A DNA stretch of 38,262 nt from Candidatus Woesearchaeota archaeon (lineage in GTDB: Archaea > Nanobdellota > Nanobdellia > SCGC-AAA011-G17 > PNOQ01), in contig JABIBT010000028.1 in NCBI GenBank assembly GCA_018652625.1, positions 1 through 38,262 on the forward strand, in the 5' to 3' direction. The position numbers and the translations under genes are program-made. The notes below the pieces were generated by a model. That model did not search any database and was not told the origin of the DNA. It worked only from the letters and a program-made list of their open reading frames with translations. Positions 11,164-18,833 of this stretch are shown piece after piece (positions within the stretch are counted from its first letter, which is position 1; each line of letters opens with the position of its first letter).

Positions 11164-11334
11164 ATGGCACAAGATAAAGTTCAACTACCTTCTGGAATGG
11201 GAGGATTAGTAAGATACTACGATGAATATAAAAGTAAGCTAGAATTTAAACCTGGTACTATTATTTTATTTATCGTATTGACAATTTTGATTGAGATTCT
11301 TTTGCATATTTATGGCGGGAGTTGGTTTGGTTAA
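11164..11334 (+). CDS. secG: preprotein translocase Sec61-beta/SecG (56 aa, below ORF-track cutoff)
   Basis: Translates to MAQDKVQLPSGMGGLVRYYDEYKSKLEFKPGTIILFIVLTILIEILLHIYGGSWFG. It has the GLVRYYDE motif plus a single C-terminal TM helix, as in archaeal Sec-beta. Confidence 0.7.
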   Translation: MAQDKVQLPSGMGGLVRYYDEYKSKLEFKPGTIILFIVLTILIEILLHIYGGSWFG

Positions 11335-11335
11335 A

Positions 11336-11656
11336 ATGATCCCTGGAATGAATCCTAAAAAGATGCAGAAAATGATGAACCAGATGGGGATGAAACAAGA
11401 AGAGATTCCTGCTTCTGAAGTTATTATTAAAGGACCAAAGGAAATTATAATTAAAAATCCTCATGTTCTTAAAGTTAATATGATGGGTCAAGAAACTTAT
11501 CAAATAACTGGGGAAGCTTCTGAAGGTTCAGGTATTTCTAAGGACGATGTTTTGACTGTTTCTACTCAAGCTGCAGTTAGTGAAGAAGATGCCCAGAAGG
11601 CTCTTGAGGAAAGTGATGGCGATTTAGCTGAAGCAATTATGAAATTGCAGAAATAG
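11336..11656 (+). CDS. nac: nascent polypeptide-associated complex protein (NAC) with C-terminal UBA domain
   Basis: MIPGMNPKKMQKMMNQMGMK..., NAC domain (EVIIKGPKEIIIKNPHVLKVNMMGQETYQITGE) and UBA-like EEDAQKALEESDGDLAEAIMKL. The ATG at 11336 is preferred; the track start 11291 overlaps secG. Confidence 0.85.
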   Translation: MIPGMNPKKMQKMMNQMGMKQEEIPASEVIIKGPKEIIIKNPHVLKVNMMGQETYQITGEASEGSGISKDDVLTVSTQAAVSEEDAQKALEESDGDLAEAIMKLQK

Positions 11657-11690
11657 TTTTCTTTAAATATATTAATTTACTACCTCTTTT

Positions 11691-12161
11691 GTGGAAGATT
11701 TACAATTTAAGTTTAAGGATGCGGTAGATTCTTTGAAAAGGTCTAGTCATATGTTGCATGTTACTTATCCATTAGTCAAGGATCCAAGACTATTTATTGG
11801 AATTATGATAAATTTAGATAAATCTTTGAAGTCAGGATTAGACTCTTTATTATATTATGAAAGAATGTATAAAAAAATAAACCCGTATCCAGATGATTTT
11901 ATTTCGAAATTAGAAGTTTTTAGGAAAATAATTGGGGTAAGATATAACTTTGACAAAGATTTACCACAGTTTATTCTAAAAATAGATCAAATAATGAAAA
12001 ATAGAAAAAAAGCTCCAGTTGAATTTGCAAAAAATGGGAACTTTGTAATCTGTGATGTCGACTATAGAACCAAGATTTTAAAGCCGGAGGAGATAAAAGA
12101 ATACCTTTCTAAGGCAAAGGTTTTTATATTACAGCTGCATAATATTATGACAGGAAGTTAA
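11691..12161 (+). CDS. hypothetical helical protein, paralog 1 of a tandem pair
   Basis: GTG start about 25 nt after the TATA CTTTAAATATA. It shares N-terminal A..LKRS.H...V and C-terminal EF...EY..K.K.F patterns with the next gene. Confidence 0.5.
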   Translation: MEDLQFKFKDAVDSLKRSSHMLHVTYPLVKDPRLFIGIMINLDKSLKSGLDSLLYYERMYKKINPYPDDFISKLEVFRKIIGVRYNFDKDLPQFILKIDQIMKNRKKAPVEFAKNGNFVICDVDYRTKILKPEEIKEYLSKAKVFILQLHNIMTGS

Positions 12162-12169
12162 ATGAATAT

Positions 12170-12607
12170 ATGGAATTAATAGACAACGCTAAAGAAGAAT
12201 TGAAGCGATCTGATCATCTGATTTATGTGAGTTTAAAATACACAAGAACTTGTGACATAATCATGAATACTATTTTAAGAATGATTGAATCTTTTGATTT
12301 TTTGAATTTGGCATTATTAGAACACTTAAAAGAGAAAAAGAAAATCCCAGAAATACCGAGTAGTGCGTTAAATCGGGCAGAACTATTGAATGAGTTGGAT
12401 AAAAAATATAAGAGTTTTATGAAACTCTACATGCTGATGAATAAAATTAAAAGTGCTGAATTTGATAGAAGAGAAGAATACAGAAAACATGTTACTATGA
12501 TAGTGCATTTAGATAGGAAGGAATTGGAAATTACTGTCCCCGTCTTACAAGAATATTTTGAAAAGACTAAAGAATTTGTTACGTTTGTGGAGGAGGAGAT
12601 TTCATGA
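12170..12607 (+). CDS. hypothetical helical protein, paralog 2, overlapping minD start
   Basis: Similar size and motif order to 11691..12161. Its stop overlaps the minD ATG (ATGA), and the GGAGGAGG SD for minD lies inside its 3' end. Confidence 0.5.
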   Translation: MELIDNAKEELKRSDHLIYVSLKYTRTCDIIMNTILRMIESFDFLNLALLEHLKEKKKIPEIPSSALNRAELLNELDKKYKSFMKLYMLMNKIKSAEFDRREEYRKHVTMIVHLDRKELEITVPVLQEYFEKTKEFVTFVEEEIS

Positions 12608-13356
12608 CTGTAAAAGTTGGAATTTTATCTGGAAAAGGCGGCGTTGGAAAAACTAGCACTGCTGTAAATATGGCTGCTGCTATGTCTTATTTTGGAAGAG
12701 ATGTAGTAGTTATAGATGGAAATTTAAGTACTCCTAATTTGGGTTTACATTTGGGAGTTCCAGTTGTTCCCATTACCTTACATGATGTTTTGAAAGGTAA
12801 AAATTCTATTTTAGATAGCGTGTATTTGCATCATACTGGTTTGAAAATTGTTCCTGCCGGTTTATCCCTAGATGATCTTCGTAATGTTTCTCCAGAGAAA
12901 TTAAAAAATGTTTTGCCTTCTCTGGATGGTTTAACTGATATTGTTATTATTGATGGCTCAGCTGGTTTAGGAAGAGAGTCTTTAGCAGTTATGCAGGCTG
13001 TTGACGAATTGATTGTTGTAACAAATCCTGAATTACCTGCTGTTACGGATGCTCTGAAAACTATTCGTCTTGCTGAGGAAATGGGGAAAAAAGTTAGAGG
13101 CATTATTTTAGCAAAGACTGGAGAGAATCATGATATTCCTTTAGAAAATATTGAAAGTTTATTGGAGAAACCAATTTTAGGGATTATTCCTAGTGACAAA
13201 TCTATTCGTGAAAGTTTAATTCGTCGTGAGCCTGTTGTTTTTTCTCATCCTAGAAGTAAATCTGCTGTAGCTTATAAAAAAGTTGTTGCTGATTTAGTTG
13301 GTATTGAGTATAGTGAGAAAGTTGAAGGATTTTTTAGTAGAATTTTTAGAAGGTAA
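12604..13356 (+). CDS. minD: MinD/ParA-family P-loop ATPase (archaeal MinD-like)
   Basis: Deviant Walker A SGKGGVGKTS. Typical MinD order follows: VVVIDGN..., IIDGSAGLG, ELIVVTNPELPAVTDALK. Confidence 0.85.
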   Translation: MTVKVGILSGKGGVGKTSTAVNMAAAMSYFGRDVVVIDGNLSTPNLGLHLGVPVVPITLHDVLKGKNSILDSVYLHHTGLKIVPAGLSLDDLRNVSPEKLKNVLPSLDGLTDIVIIDGSAGLGRESLAVMQAVDELIVVTNPELPAVTDALKTIRLAEEMGKKVRGIILAKTGENHDIPLENIESLLEKPILGIIPSDKSIRESLIRREPVVFSHPRSKSAVAYKKVVADLVGIEYSEKVEGFFSRIFRR

Positions 13357-13357
13357 A

Positions 13358-13858
13358 TTAATTTCTTTTATGTTTTATTCTGTAGTCTTCTTCTGCTTTT
13401 CTTTCTGCTCTTGTTATTATACTGTCTGCTGCTTCGTTTGATATTTCCCAGAAAAAATCTGTAAGTTCTTTTAATCTTTCTCTAGATTTTTCGAATTCTG
13501 GAGATCCCTCTCTAAATGTATTTCCATTTTCTTTGTATGACTTTAAAGTATAAGTTCTTGTTTCTAAGGAACCTCTTTTTGTAATTCTTTCTTCAATATA
13601 ATCTTCATCGTGATCCATAAAAAGTCCAGTCCAACCGTGATAATCAAAAAATTCAAAATCTGTGTTTTTCCATTTTTGTTTAAGTGTTATTTTTCTATCG
13701 TCTTTCCGATAATTAGGGTGCCTATCTATATTTTCTACTTTTATTCTTCCATGGGATGTCCAGTCATCATATCTTGTATCTAAAGTTGTTCTCCATGGTA
13801 CAAAATTTGCGAAAGCTAGAATTGTTGCTCCTGCGATAAGATAGTGTTTAAATTTCAT
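13358..13858 (-). CDS. hypothetical secreted or anchored protein
   Basis: N-terminal hydrophobic segment MKFKHYLIAGATILAFANFVPW followed by a charged, Trp/Asp-rich sequence. No recognisable motif. Confidence 0.45.
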   Translation of the reverse strand: MKFKHYLIAGATILAFANFVPWRTTLDTRYDDWTSHGRIKVENIDRHPNYRKDDRKITLKQKWKNTDFEFFDYHGWTGLFMDHDEDYIEERITKRGSLETRTYTLKSYKENGNTFREGSPEFEKSRERLKELTDFFWEISNEAADSIITRAERKAEEDYRIKHKRN

Positions 13859-13915
13859 ATTTTTGTGATAATCCTAAAATTTATAAATGCTCTTATTTAC
13901 ATCATTTTTACTTAT

Positions 13916-13988
13916 GGCGGTGGTAGTATAGTGGTTATTACATACGGTTGTGGTCCGTAAAACCCGGGTTCAATTCCCGGCTACCGCA
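13916..13988 (+). tRNA. tRNA-His(GUG) copy 1: encoded G-1, discriminator A73, no CCA
   Basis: Acceptor GCGGTGG/CTACCGC, anticodon stem TACGG/CCGTA with loop TT-GTG-GT, T arm CCGGG-TTCAATT-CCCGG. A G at 13916 precedes position 1. A TATA (ATTTATAAA) lies about 30 nt upstream. Confidence 0.75.
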
Positions 13989-14151
13989 TTCGAAACCTTT
14001 AAATATATGTACTGGAGTATATACTTTAAGATGGAACAAATATTTAATGAGGATAAGGCACAATTAGGTGCTGGTTGTATTCATTGTTTGTAGTTCGGAG
14101 TCTATTTTTTCTAATTTGAATTTTAATGTTTTAGAGAGTTCTATATTTTAT

Positions 14152-14226
14152 GACGGTGTTAGTTTAACGGTAGAACGTAGGATTGTGGATCCTATAGTCC
14201 GAGTTCGATTCTCGGGCGCCGTCCCA
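14152..14226 (+). tRNA. tRNA-His(GUG) copy 2: G-1:C73 pair and genomically encoded CCA
   Basis: G-1 at 14152 and acceptor ACGGTGT/GCGCCGT (two G-U pairs). D stem GTTT/GAAC with A14, G18, G19 and A21. Anticodon stem TAGGA/TCCTA with loop TT-GTG-GA, T arm CCGAG-TTCGATT-CTCGG. C73 at 14223 is followed by CCA at 14224-14226. Confidence 0.8.
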
Positions 14227-14270
14227 TATTTACAAAAGTTATTTAAATCAAAAAATCGGAGGTTAATACA

Positions 14271-15413
14271 ATGGAAACTGTAAAAGGTTTTAAGGAATTT
14301 TATGGCGAGGAAGCTATTAAGAGGAAAAGAGTAAAAGAGATATTAGTTAAGTATTTTACACTTTATGGGTATGAACCTGCTGAAACTCCAATAGTAGAGT
14401 ATGAAGAATTTGTTAAGGGGGATAATGTTAATGATGAAGCCGTCTCAGATATTTTTAAATTACAAGATAGGGGCAAAAGAAAATTAGCTTTGAGGTATGA
14501 AGCTACGTTTCAATTAAAAAGACTGAGTAAGAATAAAAAATTGCCATTTAAAAGATTTCAAATTGGAGAAGTTTTTAGGGATGAGCCGATTTCTGCTAAT
14601 AGGTTTAGACAATTTACTCAGTGTGATGTTGATGTTGTTGGATCTTCTATTAGAGATGAAGCTGAAATTTTGGCTTTGACATTTTTTGTTCTAAAAGAAT
14701 TGAAGATTGATGCAGTAATTAATATTAATAATAGGAAGTTATTGAATGAAATTTTAGATAAAGAGAAAGTTAAAGAAAAAGAAGAAGTAATTAGGGAAAT
14801 TGATAAATTAGATAAACTTCCTGAATCTGAAGTTAAGAAAAATTTAAAGAAGTACAAGGCTGAAAAAGTTTTAAGTATTTTTAAGAAAGATAGTTTTGAA
14901 GAGTATGAGAGCTATAAAGAAATTAAAGAGTTATTGAAATATTGCAAATTTTATGGAATTAAAGTTAATTTTTTACCTTCTTTGGCTAGAGGATTAAGTT
15001 ACTATAATGGTACCGTTTTTGAGATTAAAACTACAAAGATGAAGGAAACTGTTTGTGCAGGGGGTTCTTATTTAGTTAATAGACTTCAGAGTACTGGAAT
15101 TGCTTTTGGTTTGGAGAGGTTATGTGCTTTGTCTAAAGTTGATTTGAGTGAGAAAAATGTTTTAGCTATTGCTTTGGTTGATAATAAAGAAGTTGTTAAG
15201 ACTGTTCAGAGCCTGAGAGACGAAGGGATAATTTGTTCTTTACTCTTTGGGAAACCAAGTAAGGCTATGCAATATGCAAACAGTAAAGGAATTAATTATG
15301 TTTTGTTTATTGGAGAAAAAGAGTTGAAAAGTAAGAAATTTAAGTTGAAAGATATGAAAACTGGAAAAGAAAACAATTTAAATTTTGATAGTTTAATAAA
15401 AAAATTAAAATAA
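14271..15413 (+). CDS. hisS: histidyl-tRNA synthetase (class II)
   Basis: Motif-2-like FQIGEVFRDEPISANRFRQFTQCDVDVVG and LRYEATFQ. The C-terminal anticodon-binding-like region has LLFGKPSKAMQYANSKGINYVLFIGEKE. SD GGAGGT lies 8 nt upstream. Confidence 0.85.
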   Translation: METVKGFKEFYGEEAIKRKRVKEILVKYFTLYGYEPAETPIVEYEEFVKGDNVNDEAVSDIFKLQDRGKRKLALRYEATFQLKRLSKNKKLPFKRFQIGEVFRDEPISANRFRQFTQCDVDVVGSSIRDEAEILALTFFVLKELKIDAVININNRKLLNEILDKEKVKEKEEVIREIDKLDKLPESEVKKNLKKYKAEKVLSIFKKDSFEEYESYKEIKELLKYCKFYGIKVNFLPSLARGLSYYNGTVFEIKTTKMKETVCAGGSYLVNRLQSTGIAFGLERLCALSKVDLSEKNVLAIALVDNKEVVKTVQSLRDEGIICSLLFGKPSKAMQYANSKGINYVLFIGEKELKSKKFKLKDMKTGKENNLNFDSLIKKLK

Positions 15414-15415
15414 AA

Positions 15416-15670
15416 TTATTTTGTTGTTCCTAATTTTGATAGGCCTTCTAATAATATGAATATTCCTAAAATTAGAATTATTACAAAATAAGCGATGATC
15501 ATTCCAGGAATTATTGCGAAAATGGAATTCAAAGATTCACTTACTCCATCAATTGGGATATCTACCGAATCTAATTTAATTAGTGTCTTAGATAAAAATA
15601 TTGCTACCGCGGATATTAAAGTAATAAAAAAACCAAGAATAGTTTCTACCCAACCAATTATTTTTTTCAT
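15416..15670 (-). CDS. hypothetical small membrane protein
   Basis: Two hydrophobic helices. The start overlaps the upstream gene's stop by 4 nt. Confidence 0.4.
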   Translation of the reverse strand: MKKIIGWVETILGFFITLISAVAIFLSKTLIKLDSVDIPIDGVSESLNSIFAIIPGMIIAYFVIILILGIFILLEGLSKLGTTK

Positions 15671-15855
15671 TTTTTGCTCCCTTTCTTTTTAATAAAGTAA
15701 TAAAATAATGCTCCAATTATAAAAGTTAGAGCTATGAATAATATCCACAAACTAGAATGATGTCTTTTTTTATGTTCTATTATGATTGCATCAGTTAACA
15801 TCCATAGCCAAAAAGGAATTCCAATGATAAATACTATTCCCAAAATTGTATTCAT
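15667..15855 (-). CDS. small membrane protein, PLD-nuclease-N-terminal (PLDc_N)-like
   Basis: FWLWMLTDAI...LWILFIALTFIIGALFYYFIKKK resembles the two-helix PLDc_N domain pattern. It overlaps the scpA stop by 4 nt. Confidence 0.45.
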   Translation of the reverse strand: MNTILGIVFIIGIPFWLWMLTDAIIIEHKKRHHSSLWILFIALTFIIGALFYYFIKKKGSKK

Positions 15856-16559
15856 TTTAATGTTATGTCTATCTCCTCAAATGGTTTTTCTTGTTGCATA
15901 TCTATTTTTTTTTGATTGTCAAGATGTAATAATGGAATGAAAGTGTAAATTACATCTTCTCTTTCTTTTGATGGTAATATTTGACTAAATGTAACTTTGT
16001 CTTTCTTTTTTAAAAAGCTTCTTATTTTTTCGTATATTTCTATGATTTTATTGCCTAAATCTATCTTTTTATCTGGAACTTTAAGATTTTCTGGAATACT
16101 TTCATAATCCATTCTTTTTACTTTCCTTCTTTGTTCTACTTCTAGAGCTCTTTCTAAAGCAAAAACTAAGTCGTTAATAGAAACTTTTCTCTTTCTAGCT
16201 TGAGGTGTTTTTATTGTTAATTTTGGATTTATTAGCCTTTCTTGAGTCTCTTGAATGAAATCTTCTGGATTTTCTAATTCATCAGGTTCATATAGTAAGC
16301 TATCAAATGCTGCTATATTTTCAGATAATAATTTGTCTGATTTTATTTTTAATAATAATGATGCTGCTAAAATTACTTTTCCAGACATTGAGAAGTTTGT
16401 TTCTTGAAGTTTTTTTACTATTCCTATATATTTTTGAGTTAGAATAGATATATCTATATCCCAAGGATTCATTTTTTCTGTTTTTATTAAATCTAATAAG
16501 ATTGTTTGCCAAGTAATTTCATCCTCTTTTAATAACATGTCTAAAATCTGATCTTGCAT
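15852..16559 (-). CDS. scpA: segregation and condensation protein A (kleisin ScpA)
   Basis: The N-terminal pattern ...LLDLIKTEKMNPWDIDISILTQKYIGIVKKLQE....GKVILAASLLLKIKS is typical of ScpA. The size also fits. Confidence 0.75.
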   Translation of the reverse strand: MQDQILDMLLKEDEITWQTILLDLIKTEKMNPWDIDISILTQKYIGIVKKLQETNFSMSGKVILAASLLLKIKSDKLLSENIAAFDSLLYEPDELENPEDFIQETQERLINPKLTIKTPQARKRKVSINDLVFALERALEVEQRRKVKRMDYESIPENLKVPDKKIDLGNKIIEIYEKIRSFLKKKDKVTFSQILPSKEREDVIYTFIPLLHLDNQKKIDMQQEKPFEEIDITLK

Positions 16560-16593
16560 AGAATTAAATTCTTTGTTAGTTATTTAAAGTTTG

Positions 16594-16714
16594 TGATTAT
16601 AAACCCTGGCAGGACACCCAAGAAACTCGGGCCCAAGGGATTAACCTTAGTTAAGTCCTGCTGGGGAAAAAGAGGTGATATAATTATGGTAGTAAATAAC
16701 TCCTTTATAAGTGT
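16594..16714 (+). ncRNA. structured GC-rich RNA candidate, possibly a divergent 5S rRNA
   Basis: A sharp GC island in AT-rich spacer. A 12-bp stem pairs CCCTGGCAGGAC (16604-16615) with GTCCTGCTGGGG (16655-16666). It encloses ACACCC, AAACTCGG and GTTAAG in the same order as the 5S helix II/III region. An ATGGTAGTA loop-E-like element follows, AT-rich ends TTATAAA/TTTATAA can pair, a TATA-like element lies upstream and a T-run downstream. Spacing of the motifs differs from canonical 5S, so identity is uncertain. Confidence 0.35.
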
Positions 16715-16750
16715 TTCTATTTTTGCTACTTTAGAATAGTTACAGGAAAA

Positions 16751-16942
16751 TTAAGCCTTTTTTACTTTAAATTCTACATATCCACATTTTCCACAATGTA
16801 ATCTATCTGGATGTTCTGCTAAGAATACGCCTGCTCCGCATTTTGGGCAACTTGGTCTTCTAATTACCTTATCGCCTTCTATTTTATACTTTAAGTATTT
16901 TTTACTCGGCTGCTTGTTCTTCGGTTTTGGTTTCTTTGACAT
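16751..16942 (-). CDS. rps27ae: ribosomal protein S27ae (eS31)
   Basis: Zinc-ribbon [24 protein letters not shown] with a Lys-rich N-terminus. Confidence 0.9.
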   Translation of the reverse strand: MSKKPKPKNKQPSKKYLKYKIEGDKVIRRPSCPKCGAGVFLAEHPDRLHCGKCGYVEFKVKKA

Positions 16943-17273
16943 CTTCTTTTGGTTCCTTTTTCACTTCTTCAACAGGTTTTTCCTCTTTAGGCTTTTCTGC
17001 TGGAGTTTCTTCTTTTTTAGGTTCTATATACTTCTCTAATTTTTTTAATTCTTCAAGATTATCATACGCGAATGCAGAAATTGTTGAAGATCCTTCTCCA
17101 AACTTTGTAATTATGTTTTTTATTATAATTAATTCTTCTTTTGTTTTTAATTCCTTAGAAAGTTCTTTTTTTATTTCTTTATTTGTAGGAGTTGGTTTTT
17201 GTATATGTGGATATTCGATTAGAAGTTCTGTTCTATCTATTAATTTTGATTTATTTTTTTCTAGGATTTTCAT
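16902..17273 (-). CDS. rps24e: ribosomal protein S24e with a Lys/Glu/Pro-rich C-terminal extension
   Basis: S24e core ([17 protein letters not shown]...[15 protein letters not shown]...[23 protein letters not shown]). The tail of roughly 40 aa, [38 protein letters not shown], runs 41 nt into rps27ae. Confidence 0.85.
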   Translation of the reverse strand: MKILEKNKSKLIDRTELLIEYPHIQKPTPTNKEIKKELSKELKTKEELIIIKNIITKFGEGSSTISAFAYDNLEELKKLEKYIEPKKEETPAEKPKEEKPVEEVKKEPKEDVKETKTEEQAAE

Positions 17274-17275
17274 TT

Positions 17276-17458
17276 TTATATTTTAATCGCGTATTCTCCC
17301 TTTATTTTTATTCCTATTTTCTTTGCGATCTCTGATTTTTCTGCGTTTAAAACAATTATTTTTCCTTTTAAAGATTCTGAAAATTGATTTCCTTGACATA
17401 ATGGACATTTGTTTCCTTCTACAAGTATTTTACATGTTTTGCATGCTTTTTTAGCCAT
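17276..17458 (-). CDS. spt4: transcription elongation factor Spt4 (RNAP subunit E'')
   Basis: 60 aa with zinc ribbon CKTC...CPLC and the C-terminal pattern GKIIVLNAEKSEIAKKIGIKIKGEYAIKI. Confidence 0.85.
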   Translation of the reverse strand: MAKKACKTCKILVEGNKCPLCQGNQFSESLKGKIIVLNAEKSEIAKKIGIKIKGEYAIKI

Positions 17459-18011
17459 TCTTTTTCTCCTTAGATTTTTTTAGTTCTTCTTCTATCCATT
17501 TTAGATTTCCTAATAATGGTTGTCTCATTGTTAAACCTATTTTTGGATTGTTTACTTCTTTGTATGAAACGGCAATTATTCTTGCTCTGCATGTATCTCC
17601 CGCTTTTAAAACCTTTTTTGATTCTTTTCCTGTTAGTACATTTTCTTTACTAAATGAAACATAATCGTCCATTGTTTGTGAAACATGAATCATTCCATCT
17701 ATTGGCCCCATGTCTAAAAATGCTCCAAAATCTGTTATTTCTGAGATTTTCCCTATAACTATTTCTTGTAATTCTGGAATAAATGTAAATATTGTAAATG
17801 TTGTTTCGTAGTGGGCTGCTCCATCTCCAGGAATTATTATTCCTTCTCCGATATTGTCCACTTCTTTAATTCCTATTACAAAGCCCAAATCTTCTGAGAC
17901 ATAACCTTCAAATTTTTCATTTAAACTTTTCAATACAGATTCCATTACATCTTCTTTGAAAGAGTTCGGACTTACACGTATATATTCTTTAATCTTTAAT
18001 TCGTAAAACAT
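17451..18011 (-). CDS. rpoE: DNA-directed RNA polymerase subunit E' (Rpo7) with S1 domain
   Basis: MFYELKIKEYIRVSP... N-terminal domain and S1 fold (GKISEITDFGAFLDMGPIDGMIHVSQ). The ATG at 18011 has a TATA (TTTATAAA, 18040-18047) about 30 nt upstream. The track start 18032 is a TTG. Confidence 0.85.
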   Translation of the reverse strand: MFYELKIKEYIRVSPNSFKEDVMESVLKSLNEKFEGYVSEDLGFVIGIKEVDNIGEGIIIPGDGAAHYETTFTIFTFIPELQEIVIGKISEITDFGAFLDMGPIDGMIHVSQTMDDYVSFSKENVLTGKESKKVLKAGDTCRARIIAVSYKEVNNPKIGLTMRQPLLGNLKWIEEELKKSKEKKNG

Positions 18012-18056
18012 TTTGTTAGTTTTTTGGGGCAAAGTTTGGTTTATAAATGTTTCTTT

Positions 18057-18386
18057 TCAGAAGGAAATGTACTTCTTTTGTCTTACTGTTATTACTTTAA
18101 TCTGCTTTTCTTTTAATCTTCTCTTTAATTTTTTATCTTGAGTCGCTATTATATCTCCTTTTGTAGCTTTTTCTAGAATTAGATCGTCTACTATTTTGTC
18201 TTTTTTTGTCTTTATTATTTTAAATTTTTTTAATTCTATTAGTTTTAAAGCGGCCCTTGCATTTGATGTTGGTTTGTTTAACTCATCTATAGTTTTATCT
18301 ATTATTGAAGGATTTACTAGTTCAGCTATATCTATTTTGTATTTTATCACGTTTATTAGGAAATCTGTATCTAGTATTGTTTTCAT
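18057..18386 (-). CDS. PIN-domain protein, Fcf1/Utp24-like
   Basis: Acidic PIN residues in ILDTDFLIN and ATQDKKL. It occupies the conserved archaeal position directly upstream of rpoE'-spt4-rps24e-rps27ae. Confidence 0.6.
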   Translation of the reverse strand: MKTILDTDFLINVIKYKIDIAELVNPSIIDKTIDELNKPTSNARAALKLIELKKFKIIKTKKDKIVDDLILEKATKGDIIATQDKKLKRRLKEKQIKVITVRQKKYISF

Positions 18387-18463
18387 AATTTGATTCTTAT
18401 TTTATTGTTTAAAAAACTAATTATTTTAGAAATTATTATATATCCTTACAGTTTGTCATTTTT

Positions 18464-18784
18464 ATGGGAAAAAGAAAAGCTAGAAGTGTTGAGGAAATTC
18501 TTTCTACACGATCAAAAGAATTAAGAGGAAATAAATATGCCTTTAGAGAGTTAGTGAATGAAGTTACTTGTGTTGAAAAAATAATGTCAACTATCTCCTT
18601 GTCCATTGAAGATCTTATTGTATTAAAAGAATGGGCTAGAGAGTATGGAATTTTTATAAGAGAACATAAATCTGGACACGGAGATACCGGTGGTTGCAAT
18701 TATAGGGCACCCCACATACATATAGATATAACTGGTAGGGCTTTACATAATAAAGTGCATTATCTTGTAGATGTTACTACTTAG
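18464..18784 (+). CDS. hypothetical protein (106 aa, orphan)
   Basis: Leaderless-type promoter, Lys/Arg-rich N-terminus and a His-rich C-terminal segment YGIFIREHKSGHGDTGGCNYRAPHIHIDITG. This is faintly reminiscent of the GI.I....H.PPH.H pattern of DUF4160-type small proteins (recalled from memory only). Confidence 0.45.
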   Translation: MGKRKARSVEEILSTRSKELRGNKYAFRELVNEVTCVEKIMSTISLSIEDLIVLKEWAREYGIFIREHKSGHGDTGGCNYRAPHIHIDITGRALHNKVHYLVDVTT

Positions 18785-18833
18785 TTTTAGTTACAATAGA
18801 AAGATTTATATATGCAAAAAATATAGTTTATTT

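Noticed and set aside
11291-11335. Upstream TTG start for NAC (track ORF 11291..11656) overlapping secG
   Set aside because: The ATG at 11336 gives the canonical NAC N-terminus (MIPGMNPKKMQ...). The upstream extension is the out-of-frame tail of secG.
14068-14283. 71-aa ORF upstream of hisS
   Set aside because: It reads straight through tRNA-His copy 2 (14152..14226) from a GTG start and has no promoter or SD support.
16554-16739. 61-aa ORF in the scpA/rps27ae spacer
   Set aside because: It coincides with the GC-rich structured RNA candidate. The amino-acid sequence has no features and the start overlaps the scpA start codon region.
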